DNA of 40,403 nt, taken from Eubacteriales bacterium. GTDB lineage: Bacteria > Bacillota > Clostridia > Oscillospirales > CAG-272. The DNA is taken from positions 1 through 40,403 of the forward strand of contig JBJDZF010000378.1 in NCBI GenBank assembly GCA_051867855.1, in the 5' to 3' direction. How positions within the stretch are numbered: the first letter of the stretch is position 1; each line of letters begins with the position of its first letter. Positions 9,816 through 16,206 of this stretch are shown here, in pieces. A program made the translations under genes and the position numbers. The notes beneath the pieces were generated by a model. The model searched no databases and was not told the DNA's origin. It saw nothing but the letters and a program-made list of their open reading frames with translations.

Positions 9816-9888
9816 CATCTTCCGGATTCTTCCGGCTTCTTCCGGCATCTTCCGGCATCTTCAGGCATCTTCCGGCAGGCATCTTCCG
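9816..9888. repeat. Phased 10-bp tandem repeat, CATCTTCCGG x6 contiguous plus 1 after a 3-bp gap
   Basis: catcttccgg attcttccgg cttcttccgg catcttccgg catcttcagg catcttccgg cag gcatcttccg. The unit is not a multiple of 3. Intergenic, upstream of terS. Confidence 0.9.
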
Positions 9889-9950
9889 TTTTGATCCTGA
9901 TATTGATCCTTTAATCAAGTACGTAATCCGTGTTTTTGTTGCTCATCTCT

Positions 9951-9990
9951 TTTGCAAACAAAAAGCGGACAGCCATATCAGCTATCCGCT
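9951..9990 (-). terminator. Minus-strand intrinsic terminator upstream of the late operon
   Basis: Stem 9964-9973 / 9981-9990 (9 of 10 bp), 7-nt loop. On the minus strand it is followed by UUUUGUUUGC. Confidence 0.6.
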
Positions 9991-10088
9991 CATGAATCAA
10001 TTTCTTTCTATTTCGCGCCCGCGCACCCGCGCGCGTGTGATCGTGTCAATTTTTTCAAAATTTTTTTATTTTTTTTTTGCAAAACCCC

Positions 10089-10117
10089 TTGACAAAACAC
10101 GCAATGCGTGGTATAAT
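10089..10117 (+). promoter_or_regulatory. Perfect sigma-A consensus promoter P1 for the rightward early operon
   Basis: TTGACA (10089-10094), 17-nt spacer, TGgTATAAT (10109-10117). Confidence 0.85.
10098..10110. promoter_or_regulatory. Palindromic candidate operator inside the P1 spacer
   Basis: CACGCA-A-TGCGTG, a perfect 6-1-6 inverted repeat. The TGCGTG half-site recurs just upstream of the -10 of the 21003 promoter. Confidence 0.3.
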
Positions 10118-10125
10118 ATATACGT

Positions 10126-10189
10126 AAAGAAAAAAAAGAACAAAAAAGTCCGGCACACCCCCAAGCTACCAACTTTAAGTGTGACGGAC
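10126..10189 (-). terminator. Orientation-specific minus-strand intrinsic terminator inside the P1 leader
   Basis: Stem 10179-10189 / 10148-10158 (10 of 11 bp), 20-nt loop. On the minus strand it is followed by UUUUUUGUUCUUUUUUUUC (A-tract 10126-10147 on plus). There is no U-tract in the plus orientation. Confidence 0.6.
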
Positions 10190-10220
10190 GCAGCCAAAAC
10201 CGACAAGCGCCGATCTTGTA
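10140..10220 (-). ncRNA. Candidate ~80-nt RNA antisense to the early-operon leader (ends approximate)
   Basis: Bounded by the perfect promoter at 10227-10255 (minus) and the terminator at 10126-10189. Contains no ATG or SD. Confidence 0.4.
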
Positions 10221-10226
10221 TTTATT

Positions 10227-10255
10227 ATTATATCACATCTTCCGACGTTTGTCAA
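10227..10255 (-). promoter_or_regulatory. Perfect sigma-A consensus promoter firing leftward toward terS
   Basis: Minus strand reads TTGACA (10250-10255), 17-nt spacer, TGaTATAAT (10227-10235). Convergent with P1. Confidence 0.8.
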
Positions 10256-10276
10256 TAAAAGAAAGGATTAAAAATC

Positions 10277-10642
10277 ATGACAAACGCGCAAATCATCTTT
10301 AATGCATCAGTCGATCTGATGGAAAAAGGCATCCTATCCGGAACCGGACGTTTCCTTGATGTCAATTATGAAGACGGAACTGTCGGGAAAATCGAAATTC
10401 CGGAAGATATCCACACTTTTGCAGGATGGAAATCGCTTGGATACTGCGTGAAGAAAGGACAAAAGGCAATCGCGCAGATTGAAATCTGGAAGCACACGAC
10501 AAAGTTTCTTGATGAAAATGTTCAGGACGAAAACACAGCCGCTGCAAACCGGGAAATCAACGAACAGGGCGGAATCCAGAAAATGTTTATGAAAAAAGCA
10601 TTTTTCTTTAAGTCTTCGCAGGTTGAACCGTTGAAAGGTTGA
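10277..10642 (+). CDS. ArdC-N-like (DUF1738-type) ssDNA-binding domain protein; first early gene
   Basis: 121 aa, AAAGGA SD. HTFAGWKSLGYCVKKGQKAIAQIEIWK resembles the TF.QW..LG..V.KGEKG motif of the ArdC N-terminal domain. No metalloprotease half. CDS confidence is high, function moderate. Confidence 0.55.
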   Translation: MTNAQIIFNASVDLMEKGILSGTGRFLDVNYEDGTVGKIEIPEDIHTFAGWKSLGYCVKKGQKAIAQIEIWKHTTKFLDENVQDENTAAANREINEQGGIQKMFMKKAFFFKSSQVEPLKG

Positions 10643-10653
10643 GGTGATCACGA

Positions 10654-10830
10654 ATGACACAAAAGGTTGATCAGGCTTTCGAAAATCTCTATTACGGATC
10701 AGATGACGACGCAGATAAACGAATCATTTGTGAAGCGTTTGGACTTTTACAAGAGTTCTTGAAATGCAATCCTGAAGACGAGAATCACATCTTAAATCTC
10801 GCTGTAGGACGATACTTCGGAATTTATTAA
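10654..10830 (+). CDS. Hypothetical 58-aa protein (below the ORF-track cutoff)
   Basis: GAGGTGA SD at 10641-10647. Own translation MTQKVDQAFENLYYGSDDDADKRIICEAFGLLQEFLKCNPEDENHILNLAVGRYFGIY, stop TAA 10828-10830. Confidence 0.55.
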   Translation: MTQKVDQAFENLYYGSDDDADKRIICEAFGLLQEFLKCNPEDENHILNLAVGRYFGIY

Positions 10831-10878
10831 ATCAAATAAAACAGTGTCCGATAACAAGTCCGGAGAAAGGAAATTATC

Positions 10879-11154
10879 ATGGAAACAATTAAAGTGAAAA
10901 TCGATGGAAAAGTTTATGAGCTTATCAAATGCACAGGGTATTACCCTTCCATCTGCGAAGACGAATCCTGCAGACGCGATCTGTATTATTTGGCGGAAAA
11001 ACTCGATAACGGAGAAGTTTACGAAGCTTTGTTGTCGGACAATTTCGAAGACGGTGAAGAATATGAATGGGAATTACTCAATGAGCCTTCCACTTACTGT
11101 GATGATATTGCAACCATTGAAGTCGACGGTAAAATCGGCGGACAGTACAATTAA
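10879..11154 (+). CDS. Hypothetical acidic 91-aa protein
   Basis: ORF track. GAAAGGAAA SD, packed within the operon. Confidence 0.6.
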   Translation: METIKVKIDGKVYELIKCTGYYPSICEDESCRRDLYYLAEKLDNGEVYEALLSDNFEDGEEYEWELLNEPSTYCDDIATIEVDGKIGGQYN

Positions 11155-11178
11155 GTAATGCTCAACAGGTAGTAAGCC

Positions 11179-12264
11179 ATGATCAGAGTGTGCAAACGAT
11201 GCGGAAAGAAATTTGATCCTGCATCGAGTGATACCTACTACTGCGACGAGTGCAGACTTGAAATCAAGCGCGAAAGCGTATTAAAAATCGCAAAATGCTC
11301 CGAGTGTGGAATTGAATTTATCGGGGGAATAGCTTCTAAATATTGCCCTGATTGTCGATGCAATAAAGCGAATGAGGCCAGCGCAAAATCAAAGAAAAAT
11401 AAAAATAGGCGCAAAATCGGTAGTTTAGATTACTGTAAAAGATGCAGCGCGGAATATACCGTAAAAAGCGGCAAACAAAAATATTACTCTGAATGCGCCG
11501 AAATAGTGCTTGCAGAACATAATCGCGAAGTTAGCAAGCGTAAGTATCACGAAAACAATCTTTACGAAAAGCAGGCAGAGCAAAAGAAAGCGCTAAAGCA
11601 GGATTCGACTATTTGCCCAGCTTGCGGTAAACCGTTCACGCCGAACAGAAATAATCAGATGTACTGCTCTTCTGAATGCCGAAAGATAGGCGGGAAGAAG
11701 AACAGGCCTATCGAGAAAAGCGGGATCTATGCAAAAAAAACAGATTCCAAACGATATGCAGAGCCTAAATCGAACAACAAAACCGGTATACGCGGCGTAT
11801 ACTGGGACAACCGACTTAGCCGCTATGTGGTTAAAATAAAAATCGGAGACCAATTCAAGCGGCTCGGCTCATTCAAAAGCTTAGAAGATGCGCAGGAAGC
11901 GATAACAAAAGCGAAAGCCGACCGGCCACAAGTCCGGAGAAAGGAAATAGAAATGGAAAAAGTAATTTACACATGGTACAATTTTATGAACGGCGCAAGA
12001 GTAAGCGCATGCACGTTAAATCATAATCCAAAAAATAAGATCGATCATACCTGCGAATGCGGGCTGAAAATCACAATTTCGGTTCCTGACGGGTATCATT
12101 TAACCGAAAACGATTACGGCGACGCCATTTTGGTAAAGGATGACGAAACTAAAGGAATACTCCTGCAGTATAACAACGACTTGAATCGGATCGAAGAAGG
12201 CGGTTATACTGTTACCGGTAACCCGATTAAAGGCGTAAGAATCATTAGCAAAGAAGAATTTTGA
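11179..12264 (+). CDS. DNA-binding protein: four tandem zinc ribbons plus an AP2-type domain
   Basis: 361 aa. Four CxxC-x(11-15)-CxxC units (CKRCGKKF...YYCDEC; CSECGIEF...YCPDC; CKRCSAEY...YYSEC; CPACGKPF...MYCSSEC). Then TGIRGVYWDNRLSRYVVKIKIGDQFKRLGSFKSLEDAQEA, an AP2/HNH-associated three-strand DNA-binding motif. Confidence 0.7.
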   Translation: MIRVCKRCGKKFDPASSDTYYCDECRLEIKRESVLKIAKCSECGIEFIGGIASKYCPDCRCNKANEASAKSKKNKNRRKIGSLDYCKRCSAEYTVKSGKQKYYSECAEIVLAEHNREVSKRKYHENNLYEKQAEQKKALKQDSTICPACGKPFTPNRNNQMYCSSECRKIGGKKNRPIEKSGIYAKKTDSKRYAEPKSNNKTGIRGVYWDNRLSRYVVKIKIGDQFKRLGSFKSLEDAQEAITKAKADRPQVRRKEIEMEKVIYTWYNFMNGARVSACTLNHNPKNKIDHTCECGLKITISVPDGYHLTENDYGDAILVKDDETKGILLQYNNDLNRIEEGGYTVTGNPIKGVRIISKEEF

Positions 12265-12269
12265 TTGGG

Positions 12270-12398
12270 AAAAAGAAAGAAGGCAGCAAAGCTGCCTTCT
12301 TCTCCGATTCCTAATGAAATCGCAAATATTTCAATCCGCGCGGGAAATCAAAAGGAAATCCCATGACCGTAATCAAGGATGACACTTCATCCAGTTAC
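12270..12398 (-). ncRNA. Candidate ~125-nt intergenic RNA (ends approximate)
   Basis: Lies between the near-consensus minus promoter 12405-12433 and the hairpin 12278-12300, which has its better U-tract (UUCUUUUUCC) on the minus strand. Only SD-less micro-ORFs inside. Confidence 0.3.
12278..12300. terminator. Bidirectional hairpin terminator after the zinc-ribbon/AP2 gene
   Basis: AGAAGGCAGC-aaa-GCTGCCTTCT, 10-bp perfect stem. U-rich flanks on both strands, stronger on minus. Confidence 0.6.
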
Positions 12399-12407
12399 GA
12401 ATATATT
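12379..12407 (+). promoter_or_regulatory. Probable promoter of the 12445 HTH gene
   Basis: ATGACA (12379-12384), 17 nt, TATATT (12402-12407). Its -10 overlaps the -10 of the opposing promoter. Confidence 0.4.
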
Positions 12408-12433
12408 ATATCATACAATTTCAGGTTTATCAA
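12405..12433 (-). promoter_or_regulatory. Near-consensus leftward promoter
   Basis: Minus strand reads TTGATA (12428-12433), 17 nt, TGaTATAAT (12405-12413). Confidence 0.6.
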
Positions 12434-12444
12434 GGAGGAATCTT

Positions 12445-12672
12445 ATGTTTCCCAAAAGTCAATCCAAAACGTTCGTTTGTAGAGCTCGGTCGATCCGGAT
12501 ATCGTCCGGAATGACGCAGAAGCAGTTTTCCGATTATTTCGGTATCCCATGTCGTACTATTCAGGACTGGGAATATTCCCGTCGAAAATGCCCGGAATAC
12601 ATTCTTGACTTGATGGAATACAAGCTCTTAAACGAAGGTATCATACAGAAAGCAGAAAACAGGGACGTATAA
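12445..12672 (+). CDS. Small HTH transcriptional regulator (XRE-like)
   Basis: Real start is ATG 12445 behind an AAGGAGGA SD (the track ORF starts earlier). SGMTQKQFSDYFGIPCRTIQDWEYSRRKCPEYILDLMEYKL is a common phage/antitoxin-type HTH pattern. Confidence 0.75.
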   Translation: MFPKSQSKTFVCRARSIRISSGMTQKQFSDYFGIPCRTIQDWEYSRRKCPEYILDLMEYKLLNEGIIQKAENRDV

Positions 12673-12685
12673 CGTACCTGTTTTT
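12659..12685. terminator. Bidirectional terminator between convergent operons
   Basis: ACAGGGACGT-ata-ACGTACCTGT (9 of 10 bp). U-runs follow on both strands. Confidence 0.5.
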
Positions 12686-12689
12686 CGTT

Positions 12690-13022
12690 TCAGATCAGTC
12701 CGCGCGCCACCGCGTATAACCTTCTTGCCCGTTTCAGCATCCGCCACACGGACGATTCCGACCATCCCTTTTCATATGCATATCTCCTGACGCGTGACGC
12801 TATGATTTTCCCGTTGATTTTTTCGTTGACGCCGCTCATGTATATTGCTGTCACCGCATTTTCCTCCTCATCCGTCATAGATGATAGCGCAATTGTGACG
12901 GCTTCCTCATCGGCGCGCAGAATCTCGGATTTTTCCTGGTTTGCCTTTAATCGCGCGTATTCCCGATAGGCGGATATCGCCATATCCATATATTTTTCCC
13001 GTCTTATAATCTCCACCCCCAT
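12690..13022 (-). CDS. Small sigma-70 region-4-like / phage transcription regulator
   Basis: 110 aa. C-terminal EKGWSESSVWRMLKRARRLYAVARGL resembles a region-4 HTH. Last gene of the early operon. Confidence 0.4.
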   Translation of the reverse strand: MGVEIIRREKYMDMAISAYREYARLKANQEKSEILRADEEAVTIALSSMTDEEENAVTAIYMSGVNEKINGKIIASRVRRYAYEKGWSESSVWRMLKRARRLYAVARGLI

Positions 13023-13481
13023 TCAGAACGGAAGCTGATCGTCTTCTCCGAGTGCCTCAAATGCAGCTGCGCTGTAGTCTGGTGCCCTCTCAACCTCCGG
13101 CTGCGTCCGGTTCGGCTGTGTGTTTTCCGTTTTATGTTCTTCGTCCGCTTCGCTTTTCTTGGATGCGGCGAATCCTACCTCGTCCGCTACTATTTCCGTA
13201 AAGCTCCGTTTTTTCCCTTGCAGATCATCATAGGTTCTCGTCTGCAGCTGACCCACAATCAGGATCGGATCGCCTTTATGGAAAAATCTGCAAACAAATT
13301 CCGCCGTCTGACGCCAACAGACAATCAGAGGAAAATCCGTGACGCTCTTTCCGTCCTCCCCCTTGTACCGTCTGGAAACGCCGATTGAAAAGCTGCATAC
13401 CGATACGCCGGATGCTGTCTGCTTCAGCTCCGGATCCCGGCATATATTCCCCATCAGGATCACTTTGTTTAATGATGGCAT
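13023..13481 (-). CDS. ssb: Single-stranded DNA-binding protein
   Basis: 152 aa. OB-fold N-terminus NKVILMGNICRDPELKQTASGVSVCSFSIGV...WRQTAEF...KGDPILIVGQLQTRTY, disordered tail ending in the acidic tip DDQLPF. AAAGGGGGA SD. Confidence 0.9.
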   Translation of the reverse strand: MPSLNKVILMGNICRDPELKQTASGVSVCSFSIGVSRRYKGEDGKSVTDFPLIVCWRQTAEFVCRFFHKGDPILIVGQLQTRTYDDLQGKKRSFTEIVADEVGFAASKKSEADEEHKTENTQPNRTQPEVERAPDYSAAAFEALGEDDQLPF

Positions 13482-13510
13482 AATATCCCCCTTTGTTTTT
13501 CATGATTTCG

Positions 13511-14377
13511 TTATCCCTGTTCCGGCAAAAGCTCGTCCCACGGGTATTGATCGCCGTATGTCCCGGATTGATATGTAACGGTCGTTGACCACGGCGCAAC
13601 GGCGGCATTGCTTTTCAGCAGCCGCATATGCATGTAGTAACTGTGATCGTATGGATTATAGACGCAGCTCCACCCGTCACACAGCTTGTACCCCGGAAAA
13701 AGGTTCTGCATTTCCTGCCGCGTCAAATTGTTTTCGTAAAAATCCCGGCAGTTTTTTTTCGTGAAAACGCGTGAAAGTGCGCGTGCCTGTCTGTCATCCT
13801 CCGGCAGAGGCTCAGGCCGTTCCAGATTCTGCGAAGTCACAAACGTCTTTTCATACGCTTCACGCTCCTCTTTTTTCGCATAATAACATGCAAGATCGGT
13901 ATACCCGTTCTCCGTGTACTCAAGATAGGCCGCATAGTTCCGTTTCGAATTTTTCCATGCGCGGATCAGTGCTTCCTTTTCTACGCCGCCGGAAACGATC
14001 ATATGATGATGCACGCGCCCGGATTCCTCTCCTCGTTCGGTGCAGTAAATGTATTTGAGTTCCTTCCCCGCCTTCTGATACAGGCGTTTGATTCTCCGTA
14101 TGTAGTTCGTCATTTGTCTTTTCGCGTCCTGCATATCATCCGGATAATTCCCGTTTTCATAATCCAGCTCGAGCATAACGGATCGGCTGTCAAAGTTAAG
14201 ATTTACAAGCCGTGTGACATACCGCTTGCGCCTCATGATATTTACTTTTTCCTGATTTTCACGTGTAACACCCCAAACAATCCGCTTCCCGCGTCTGGTT
14301 TTCCGGTGCGCGTATACATCGATCTCAACCATACCCGGCATATCATATACAATTGCTTTTTCTCTCTCCTGCGTCAT
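13511..14377 (-). CDS. HUH-superfamily rolling-circle replication initiator-like protein
   Basis: 288 aa. Motif II GRVHHHMIVSG (HHH at 14003-14011), motif III LACYYAKK (u-x-x-Y-u-x-K), motif I-like SVMLELDY. Adjacent to ssb. Confidence 0.6.
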   Translation of the reverse strand: MTQEREKAIVYDMPGMVEIDVYAHRKTRRGKRIVWGVTRENQEKVNIMRRKRYVTRLVNLNFDSRSVMLELDYENGNYPDDMQDAKRQMTNYIRRIKRLYQKAGKELKYIYCTERGEESGRVHHHMIVSGGVEKEALIRAWKNSKRNYAAYLEYTENGYTDLACYYAKKEEREAYEKTFVTSQNLERPEPLPEDDRQARALSRVFTKKNCRDFYENNLTRQEMQNLFPGYKLCDGWSCVYNPYDHSYYMHMRLLKSNAAVAPWSTTVTYQSGTYGDQYPWDELLPEQG

Positions 14378-14441
14378 TTTGATATGCCCGTTTCCTTTCT
14401 TCGTTAAAATGGTTGAGATGTTAATATATCATACAAGTTCC

Positions 14442-14469
14442 CGTGGGGCATCTCACCCCACGTTTTTTT
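14442..14469 (+). other. GC hairpin plus T7 immediately upstream of the HUH rep gene (plus-oriented terminator or candidate nick-site hairpin)
   Basis: CGTGGGG-catctca-CCCCACG followed by TTTTTTT on the plus strand, although both flanking genes are on the minus strand. Confidence 0.5.
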
Positions 14470-14479
14470 CTTCTATATA

Positions 14480-15022
14480 TTATATAGCTTTGTAACGATA
14501 GACCTTGTTAGTGTATCCAGGTATCGTTTCCGCCGTCCTGCATCCGTATTGATACAGACGATTCTGCATAACCTCGTTCACGACCCCGACATCGTCCTGA
14601 AAAACCCTGTTATAATATCGGATTCTCTCGTTCAGACCGTCTTGAAAACGATCCAGACGTTTCTGCCCGAATTTTTCCTGCTTGCGAAGGACATACAGCC
14701 ATGCTCCGTATACGAGATCATGTTCGTCCCCGATCTCAACTTTTTCGCCGTGTCCCTTCCTCAGCTGCAGATCGATCTGACATTCCGCCGAAAGAATATC
14801 CTTTAATCGGTTCAGTGCTTCCCGGCTGCCGCGTCCTGAAGAAGTGACGGAATCGATCAGACGGTTCACGCTGTTCTGAATCCGTTCAATTCGCTCTCCG
14901 CTTCCTCCCATTTCGAATTCTTCTATCAGTGTGATCTTCGCGCAGTTATTAATCATAACGCGAATCGCTTCTCTTGCAATTTGTCTGATGTGCTTTTCCC
15001 GTTCCGGTATCCTTGCTTTCAT
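14480..15022 (-). CDS. Hypothetical protein (180 aa)
   Basis: ORF track. ATGA overlap with the upstream gene. Confidence 0.6.
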   Translation of the reverse strand: MKARIPEREKHIRQIAREAIRVMINNCAKITLIEEFEMGGSGERIERIQNSVNRLIDSVTSSGRGSREALNRLKDILSAECQIDLQLRKGHGEKVEIGDEHDLVYGAWLYVLRKQEKFGQKRLDRFQDGLNERIRYYNRVFQDDVGVVNEVMQNRLYQYGCRTAETIPGYTNKVYRYKAI

Positions 15023-15210
15023 TCCTTTTCCTCCTCATTAAGCCAATCTGCAAACCGTTTTCTGTCCGGATAATATGTTTCGCTGTTTTTTTTGCAAAAA
15101 ACAGCATACATTGGACACATTTCGCACGTTTTCGAATTATCGCAAATCCAATTGATATAGTATTCAATTTCTGCCGAAGACATCTGCCTTATTTTTTCAA
15201 TATTTGTCAT
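15019..15210 (-). CDS. Small Cys-containing phage protein (63 aa)
   Basis: AAGGAGA SD. MTNIEKIRQMS..EIEYYINWIC....C..C.......C pattern is common in Clostridia phage early regions. Confidence 0.6.
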   Translation of the reverse strand: MTNIEKIRQMSSAEIEYYINWICDNSKTCEMCPMYAVFCKKNSETYYPDRKRFADWLNEEEKE

Positions 15211-15274
15211 TACTCTTCTCCTTTACTTCTACATCGAAATAAGAAATATCCATCTCAACAATTTTCGCGGCTTT

Positions 15275-15406
15275 TCATCTCGGATTTGCTAATGTTTGTT
15301 TATAAACGTAGTATGCGTCTTCATAAGATGATGTCCATGTATAGCACACATTCCATTCATCGTTATCATAAGTTTTTCCAAACACACCATATTCGATTTC
15401 ATCCAT
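15275..15406 (-). CDS. Hypothetical 43-aa protein (below the track cutoff)
   Basis: Own translation MDEIEYGVFGKTYDNDEWNVCYTWTSSYEDAYYVYKQTLANPR. The start overlaps the upstream stop by 8 nt. Confidence 0.4.
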   Translation of the reverse strand: MDEIEYGVFGKTYDNDEWNVCYTWTSSYEDAYYVYKQTLANPR

Positions 15407-15563
15407 CGTTCTTCTCTCTTTCATTTTCTATTGAACGTTCCAGCTGTTCTACCGTTTCGATTACTGTGTACAGCGCCGCAATTGCCGTAAGACATGGGCT
15501 CCAACAGTCTTTCCTGTTTATACAGGTGTTACAGTATTTTCTTATCACTTCTTCGGGATCCAT
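15399..15563 (-). CDS. Hypothetical 54-aa Cys-containing protein (below the track cutoff)
   Basis: Own translation MDPEEVIRKYCNTCINRKDCWSPCLTAIAALYTVIETVEQLERSIENEREKNDG. Packed between neighbouring ORFs. Confidence 0.45.
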   Translation of the reverse strand: MDPEEVIRKYCNTCINRKDCWSPCLTAIAALYTVIETVEQLERSIENEREKNDG

Positions 15564-15568
15564 TTTAT

Positions 15569-15865
15569 TTATCCATTTTCCATATTGATCGGCACCCCAA
15601 CCGTCCCGACGCTCTCATCGCTGTCCGTCGCCCGGAAATACTCACCCGGCATCGGAAACATGTACCGGAACATCAAGTAATTCGCAGCATCCACCAGATG
15701 TTCCGTGTTGTGATCTCGTTCAAACGCGTCAAGACACCGTTTCGCCGTTTCTATCGCATCCACTCTACCGGAAGAAAAATTGTCCCGCGCCGAACCGTAC
15801 TTGTAGTGTGATATCTCAACGCGGTATTTCCTCTCCTTGTCAAATTGCTCCGAATAATCATTCAT
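15569..15865 (-). CDS. Hypothetical protein (98 aa)
   Basis: Start moved to ATG 15865 (GGAGAAGG SD, ATGAATGA overlap with the upstream stop). HYKYGSARDNF...HLVDAANYLMF is faintly reminiscent of phage nucleotide-pyrophosphohydrolase-like helical proteins; not asserted. Confidence 0.55.
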   Translation of the reverse strand: MNDYSEQFDKERKYRVEISHYKYGSARDNFSSGRVDAIETAKRCLDAFERDHNTEHLVDAANYLMFRYMFPMPGEYFRATDSDESVGTVGVPINMENG

Positions 15866-16187
15866 GATCCTTCTCCCTAATCGTGTAGATAGCACCATCC
15901 ACATCAATGATTTCGTACTTATCGTAAAACTCCGTCATCGAAACTTCTTCCGAAATCGTTACCTTGTATTTGATAAATTTTACCTGGAAAATGTATTGGA
16001 AAATGATTGCATATACGAAAATTCCGATGAAGAATCCTGCAATCGCGCCGAAAATACCGTCCGAAAAATCACTATATAAATCAATAAAAAATCCTGCAGC
16101 TATACATATCAATGTGCATGAAAACAATGCTATTTCATTAAATTCAGTACACACAGACTGCGACAGGATTTCAACCCCTTCAATCAC
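15858..16187 (-). CDS. Small membrane protein (2 predicted TM helices)
   Basis: 109 aa, GTG start behind an AAGGAGA SD. Hydrophobic stretches IALFSCTLICIAAGFFI and IFGAIAGFFIGIFVYAIIF. Confidence 0.6.
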   Translation of the reverse strand: MIEGVEILSQSVCTEFNEIALFSCTLICIAAGFFIDLYSDFSDGIFGAIAGFFIGIFVYAIIFQYIFQVKFIKYKVTISEEVSMTEFYDKYEIIDVDGAIYTIREKDHE

Positions 16188-16206
16188 TCAAATTTCTCCT
16201 TTTCCA

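Noticed and set aside
9771-9914. 47-codon plus-strand ORF with an AAAGGAGGA-like SD running through the 10-bp repeats. A second open frame starts at 9751.
   Set aside because: The repeat period is not divisible by 3, so the peptide is not repetitive. Several frames are open simply because the repeat lacks stops, and the location is a regulatory gap. It is kept only as a remote possibility.
14442-14469. Hairpin plus T7 as an ordinary terminator of a neighbouring gene.
   Set aside because: Both neighbours are on the minus strand, and the U-tract exists only on the plus strand. It is therefore reported as an oddity (possible nick-site hairpin or antisense-transcription stop) rather than a gene terminator.
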